Shown here: positions 15,856 to 20,000 of the stretch, one piece after another
How the letters are laid out: the number at the start of each line of letters is the position of its first letter
Position numbering within the stretch: the first letter of the stretch is position 1
DNA from: a candidate division WOR-3 bacterium
Lineage (GTDB): Bacteria > SDB-A
Reading direction: 5' to 3'
Assembly: GCA_016934535.1 (NCBI GenBank)
Contig: JAFGSQ010000016.1
Coordinates: forward strand, 50,685-70,684
Length of the DNA: 20,000 nt
The notes under the pieces: model-generated
Told to the model about the DNA's origin: nothing
The model's database searches: none
What the model saw: the letters and a program-made list of their open reading frames with translations, nothing else
Program-made: the position numbers and the translations under genes

Positions 15856-17322
15856 TTATTTTTTTTGAACTGTAATTTCATCAACGGCTTTTTGAAGTCT
15901 TTTCAGGACCGTGGCTTTTCCGAGAATTTCGCATATTTCAAAAAGACCGGGTCCGGCTGACATACCAGTAAGGCAAACTCTAAGAGCATGGATCAACACG
16001 CTGTTTTTAACACCGAATTCTTTTGCGGTTTCTCTAAGAGAGGTTTCAAAGTCTTCTTTCGAGTCAGTTTTCCCCCGGGCAATCTTCCCTGAAAGAGCCG
16101 TAAGATACTTTTCAATTCCCGCAATGCTTTTGACCGATTTTTCCCACGCTTCTGCTTCATATTCATCAGGATCCCTGAAAAAATACCCCGCTCTTTCAAC
16201 AGCATCGGAAATCTTTGGCAATCTTGTCTTTAAAAGCTCGAAAACTGCGGTCGAATACTTCTCGTCAAAATTTCGAGTCTCCAATCCGTTTTCATCGAGA
16301 AAACTTATCGCTTTTTTGTAGATTTCTTCTCCGGTCATTTTTGAAACATAGACTGAATTAATCCACTCCAATTTTTTTATATCGAACACCGCGGGGCTTT
16401 TCGAAAGCCCCTCCAGCGAAAATTTCGATACGATTTCATCTCTTTCAAGTATCTCTTCGTTGTTTCCGGGAGACCACCCGAGTAACGCGAGGAAATTGAA
16501 CATGGCTTCAGGAAGTATGCCTAATTTTTCGTAATCACCTACATAAACCGAGCCGTGTCTTTTTGAAAGTCTCTTTTTGTCGGAGCCCAATATCACAGGC
16601 AGGTGGACAAACACAGGTTCTTTCCAATTCATTGCTTTGTATAAAAGCACGTGTTTCGGGGTAGATGAAATGAATTCGTCGCCTCGTAACACGTGAGATA
16701 TCAGCATGTAATGATCGTCAACGACGTTTGCGAAATTATATGTAGGAAATCCGTCTTTTTTCAAAATGATCATGTCGTCGATTGTATCGTTCTGAAAACT
16801 TACCGAACCTCTTAGAAAATCTTCGTAAGAAGTCACTCCTGTCAAGGGAGTCGCGAACCTGACAACCCTTTCTTTTTCTTTAAGCGCCTTTATACCGTCG
16901 AAAGGCAGGTTTCTTTCACGGCAATGCCTGTCGTACATGGGATTTTCCTTAGCTTCTCGCATGACGTTTCTTATCTTGTCAAGACGCTCTGCGGAACAGT
17001 CACAGACATAAGCGAGTCCGTTTTCTATCATTTCAGAGGCGGTTTTTTCATACAGGTGGAGGCGTTCGGACTGACAGTAGGGTCCGAGATCTCCACCCGT
17101 TCCGAAACCCTCGTCCGGTTTTATATCCAGCCAGGCGAGGGCTTTTTCAATGGCTTCAACAGATCCTTCTACTAGTCTTTCTCTGTCTGTGTCCTCTATC
17201 CTCAGTATGAATTTACCTCCGTTTTTCCTGGCAAAAAGATAATCGAACAGGGCGGTTCTTATGTTACCGACGTGAGGAAAGCCGGTCGGGGAAGGCGCGA
17301 AGCGGACCCTGACTGTTTCCAT
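15856..17322 (-). CDS. gltX: Glutamate--tRNA ligase
   Basis: VRFAPSPTG, HIGH-like HVGN, LRIEDTD, CxC...YDRHC, HVLRGDE and KMSKS-like RLSKR. ATG at 17322 overlaps the upstream TGA, with GGGAGAG RBS. Confidence 0.98.
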   Translation of the reverse strand: METVRVRFAPSPTGFPHVGNIRTALFDYLFARKNGGKFILRIEDTDRERLVEGSVEAIEKALAWLDIKPDEGFGTGGDLGPYCQSERLHLYEKTASEMIENGLAYVCDCSAERLDKIRNVMREAKENPMYDRHCRERNLPFDGIKALKEKERVVRFATPLTGVTSYEDFLRGSVSFQNDTIDDMIILKKDGFPTYNFANVVDDHYMLISHVLRGDEFISSTPKHVLLYKAMNWKEPVFVHLPVILGSDKKRLSKRHGSVYVGDYEKLGILPEAMFNFLALLGWSPGNNEEILERDEIVSKFSLEGLSKSPAVFDIKKLEWINSVYVSKMTGEEIYKKAISFLDENGLETRNFDEKYSTAVFELLKTRLPKISDAVERAGYFFRDPDEYEAEAWEKSVKSIAGIEKYLTALSGKIARGKTDSKEDFETSLRETAKEFGVKNSVLIHALRVCLTGMSAGPGLFEICEILGKATVLKRLQKAVDEITVQKK

Positions 17323-19001
17323 CAATCTCTCCCGACTATCCCGTAAACTGTATTCATGATGTTTTCTTTTAATTTTGCGGCTTCGCCCATCATCTTTTCA
17401 GCTTCTTCTCTGACTTTCGTTGAAAAATGATCATCTTGGATTTCCGAAAGATTGATCAAAACGTTAAGAAAAGCTCCTTCGGCAGCAGCCATGGCTGAAA
17501 GGGCAGCGACACCGGCGTCCGAGATGCTGTTCGGATTGATTTTCGGAGCTATACTGTCAAGCTGACAGAGGACTTTTACAGCGCACGCGCATGTTCTGAG
17601 AGGCACCTCTGCCGCGATTTTATTCGCTGACTCCATGGCTTCCGACCTTTTCAGTTTCTCTTCTTCTGTTTTTTTAGGCAATCTTCTCGCTTGAATTATC
17701 ATGTTGAAAGCTTCCGTGTCTTTGTCTATGAGTTCAGCCAATTCTTCTTTTAAATCGTGAGTCTTCAAAGCTGTCGTTTCCATTATATCCCTGTGCTCGG
17801 TGAAATCCTTGTGACTGAAAGTCAGATTTGAAACCATGGCCGTCAAAGCCGAAGCAAGAGAACCGAGAAGAGCGCTCACGCTTCCACCTCCCGGAGCAAC
17901 AGAATCGGAGGACACTTCGTCTATAAAATTATAAACAGTCATAGAAGCGAGCGTTCCCGACCTTTTGGCTCCTACCACATAATCAATTATCTTCTTTTCG
18001 GGTTCGAATTTATAAAGCGAAGAAAGCCCGAGAGACATGACGGCTGCTTCTACGGTTTTTTTTTCCGGCACCGCAGAGCATTTACCCTGTTTCGAGAGAT
18101 AGAAACGTCCCGTTTCTTTTAAGGCTTCAAGAGGCACCAATCCGACGATCTCACTTCCCGTCACAAGCGCGCCGCGGATGTCTGCCTGCCTTCTTACCTC
18201 TTCGAACGCAGTGTGAATTCCGGTCGTATGGTAATCTGTAAGGTTCATTGTCACCTGAGCAACGTTGAAGTCGGGCAAATACCAGCCTGTGGCTTTGCAC
18301 GCTTTCAAAGTTCCCGGAATTTTTATTTTTTCTCCGTTTTCGTCGACTTCAAAACTCCCGTTCGTTTTCTTTTTGAATCTTCCGGAATCGCTTATGGTTT
18401 TGCCGATGTCTTTCGGGATTTTTGTGTCCGTCGTGTTCAGATTAATGTTGTATGCTATAAGGAAATCTCTGACTCCTATGACAGTTGCGCCGGATTTTGG
18501 ATTGAAAGAAAAAGGTCCGTAATCGGGTTTCCAAAATTCGTCTTTCATTTTTTCCTCGAGAGCTTCGTATTCGCCCTTACGTACGTCGGCGAGGAGTCTT
18601 CTTTCAGGACGCGTGGCTGATCTTTCGTACATATAAACCGGGATTCCAAGTTCGGTTCCAACTTTTTCAGCCAATCTTTCCGAAAGCGCGACGCATTCTT
18701 CAGCTGTAACGCCGGACACAGGAATGAGAGGACAAACATCAGTAGCCCCCATTCTCGGATGAGCTCCGGTATGATTGGTCATGTCAATTAACTCGGAAGC
18801 CTTCTTTATTGCCGCAAAAGCAGCTTCCATAACTGATTCCGGAGTTCCTACAAATGTCACAACTGTCCTGTTAGTGTCCGGTCCGGGGTCTACATCGAGA
18901 AGTACCGCCCCTTTTGTTTTTTCTATTTCTTTGGTGATCAGTCCGATTTTTGACTTGTCTCTGCCTTCACTGAAATTTGGGACGCATTCTATCAGGTTCA
19001 T
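17322..19001 (-). CDS. ftcd: Bifunctional glutamate formiminotransferase / formiminotetrahydrofolate cyclodeaminase
   Basis: FT domain: IECVPNFSEGR, D.NRTV.T, H.GAHPRMGATDVCP and GSEIVGLVP. Cyclodeaminase domain: APGGGSVSA, DKDTEAFN, N.ISDAGVA and NVLINL. 559 aa. Confidence 0.95.
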   Translation of the reverse strand: MNLIECVPNFSEGRDKSKIGLITKEIEKTKGAVLLDVDPGPDTNRTVVTFVGTPESVMEAAFAAIKKASELIDMTNHTGAHPRMGATDVCPLIPVSGVTAEECVALSERLAEKVGTELGIPVYMYERSATRPERRLLADVRKGEYEALEEKMKDEFWKPDYGPFSFNPKSGATVIGVRDFLIAYNINLNTTDTKIPKDIGKTISDSGRFKKKTNGSFEVDENGEKIKIPGTLKACKATGWYLPDFNVAQVTMNLTDYHTTGIHTAFEEVRRQADIRGALVTGSEIVGLVPLEALKETGRFYLSKQGKCSAVPEKKTVEAAVMSLGLSSLYKFEPEKKIIDYVVGAKRSGTLASMTVYNFIDEVSSDSVAPGGGSVSALLGSLASALTAMVSNLTFSHKDFTEHRDIMETTALKTHDLKEELAELIDKDTEAFNMIIQARRLPKKTEEEKLKRSEAMESANKIAAEVPLRTCACAVKVLCQLDSIAPKINPNSISDAGVAALSAMAAAEGAFLNVLINLSEIQDDHFSTKVREEAEKMMGEAAKLKENIMNTVYGIVGRD

Positions 19002-19004
19002 CTT

Positions 19005-19253
19005 TCACCTTTCGATTTCTCTTTTAATGTCCGTCAGTTCGCTGTTAATATTTTCAAGGGATCTGGCTATCGAAGCCGCAGAATTCGCGATTTTTTCCAG
19101 ATTTCTCGTGTCCGTCTCGAAGCTGTCGTTATTGAATTCAGCGTACATTTCGGAAAATGAAATATACGGTTTCACAAAATTCAGGAACATGAGTACTGCT
19201 ATAATCGCAAGCAGTATTATAACCGGTTTTGATCCTTCGATTTTAACTGTCAC
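19005..19253 (-). CDS. Small hypothetical protein with one N-terminal TM helix and a C-terminal coiled-coil-like segment
   Basis: GTG start with perfect AGGAGG RBS 5 nt upstream. TM segment VIILLAIIAVLMFLNFV. The stop lies 3 nt before the FTCD start. Confidence 0.75.
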   Translation of the reverse strand: MTVKIEGSKPVIILLAIIAVLMFLNFVKPYISFSEMYAEFNNDSFETDTRNLEKIANSAASIARSLENINSELTDIKREIER

Positions 19254-19442
19254 GACTGCCTCCTTTTAAAAGTTAGAAAAACGACAGAATATAGTTTATC
19301 ACAAACAAAATAAATTGCACGCTCTCGCTAAAATTCCCACGAACAAGACAACGCCTTCATAAGCAGTGAAAAAGCATTTTTACATTTTGCGATTTATTTT
19401 TTACCATTTCAATAATTTCTTTAATAAAATCATGATATTGCG

Positions 19443-19475
19443 TATAATAAACGAGTCAAAAGAATCAACCGGAGG
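19443..19475 (+). promoter_or_regulatory. Candidate -10 box (TATAAT) and RBS (GGAGG) of dapA
   Basis: TATAAT at 19443-19448 in an AT-rich intergenic region, with only a weak -35. GGAGG at 19471-19475. Confidence 0.5.
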
Positions 19476-19480
19476 TTTTC

Positions 19481-20000
19481 ATGTTTGAATTCTGCACAGT
19501 GGCTATGATCACTCCTTTCATGAACGGTAAACTCGACAGGGACGGTATAAAGAAAAATGTCGATTTTTACATCTGCAAAGGAGTGCAGGGCATTCTTATA
19601 GCGGGTACGACAGGCGAGTCTCCTACTCTCAACGACGATGAATACGAAATCCTCACGAATGAAGTCGTCGAATCCGCAAAGAAAAGGGTGAAAATCATGC
19701 TTAATGTGGGAACGAATTCGACGGCGAAATCCCTGAAAAATCTGTCGTTTGCGAATTCAGCTGGTGTCGACGGAGTTCTCGCCATCACTCCGTATTACAA
19801 CAAACCGAATTATTCCGGTATGAAAGATCACTTCGTCAGTATAGCAGAAGAAACCGATTTGCCGGTATACATTTACAACGTACCTTCGAGAACAGGAATA
19901 AACATAGACGTCGGACTTGTCGCAGAACTGAGAAAAATGAACAGGAACATAGCCGGCATCAAAGAAGCTTCCGGAAACATTGACAGAATCTCTGAAATGA
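19481..20000 (+). CDS. dapA: 4-hydroxy-tetrahydrodipicolinate synthase (5' part; runs off the window, absent from the ORF track)
   Basis: Manual translation gives MFEFCTVAMITPF...GTTGESPTL...GTNST...TPYYNKP...YNVPSRTG...GIKEASG, including the Schiff-base Lys. Confidence 0.95.
   Translation, partial: MFEFCTVAMITPFMNGKLDRDGIKKNVDFYICKGVQGILIAGTTGESPTLNDDEYEILTNEVVESAKKRVKIMLNVGTNSTAKSLKNLSFANSAGVDGVLAITPYYNKPNYSGMKDHFVSIAEETDLPVYIYNVPSRTGINIDVGLVAELRKMNRNIAGIKEASGNIDRISEM

Noticed and set aside
14907-15860. tRNA-anchored genomic island or prophage at tRNA-Leu (also considered at tRNA-Ala)
   Set aside because: No integrase, no duplicated tRNA 3' end (att site) and no evident compositional shift.
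19265-19480. Possible lysine riboswitch upstream of dapA
   Set aside because: The region is AT-rich with no AGAGG-type conserved core or pairing, and the TATAAT box is only about 30 nt from the start codon. It is better explained as divergent promoters.
1-20000. Many short antisense or alternate-frame ORFs (e.g. 1479-1934, 13851-14279, 15911-16321, 18775-19269, 19567-19788), and CRISPR or tandem DNA repeats
   Set aside because: The ORFs are shadows of well-supported genes with no motifs or RBS. No regularly spaced nucleotide repeats were seen.

Overview
A gene-dense bacterial chromosomal segment made almost entirely of housekeeping genes. I found no CRISPR array, integrase, transposase or phage gene. 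On the + strand: nadK-recN-adenosine-specific-kinase-family gene; a secreted protein with four PPC-like repeats; tRNA-Ala(CGC); small SRP RNA (ffs); dnaX-ybaB-recR; then a tightly coupled run mglB-mglA-[DgkA/UdpK multi-domain membrane fusion]-[UDP-GlcA decarboxylase-like SDR]-rmlA-rmlD. These converge on a - strand REC-GAF-HisKA-HATPase hybrid kinase. Next come mtaD-like amidohydrolase, tRNA-Leu(CAG) and a membrane-anchored helical-repeat protein (+), a - strand run of small membrane protein-FTCD-gltX, and the 5' part of dapA (+). The best candidate for something undescribed is the 366-aa membrane protein at 8277-9377. By eye it looks like a DgkA-family kinase fused to a catalytically degenerate PAP2 domain and a PF06695/DedA-superfamily-like domain, and it is coupled between the MglAB polarity switch and nucleotide-sugar genes. 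Other oddities are a Cys-rich tail on NAD kinase and the catalytic-domain-less four-repeat secreted protein. All family calls come from motif recognition by eye; no searches were run.
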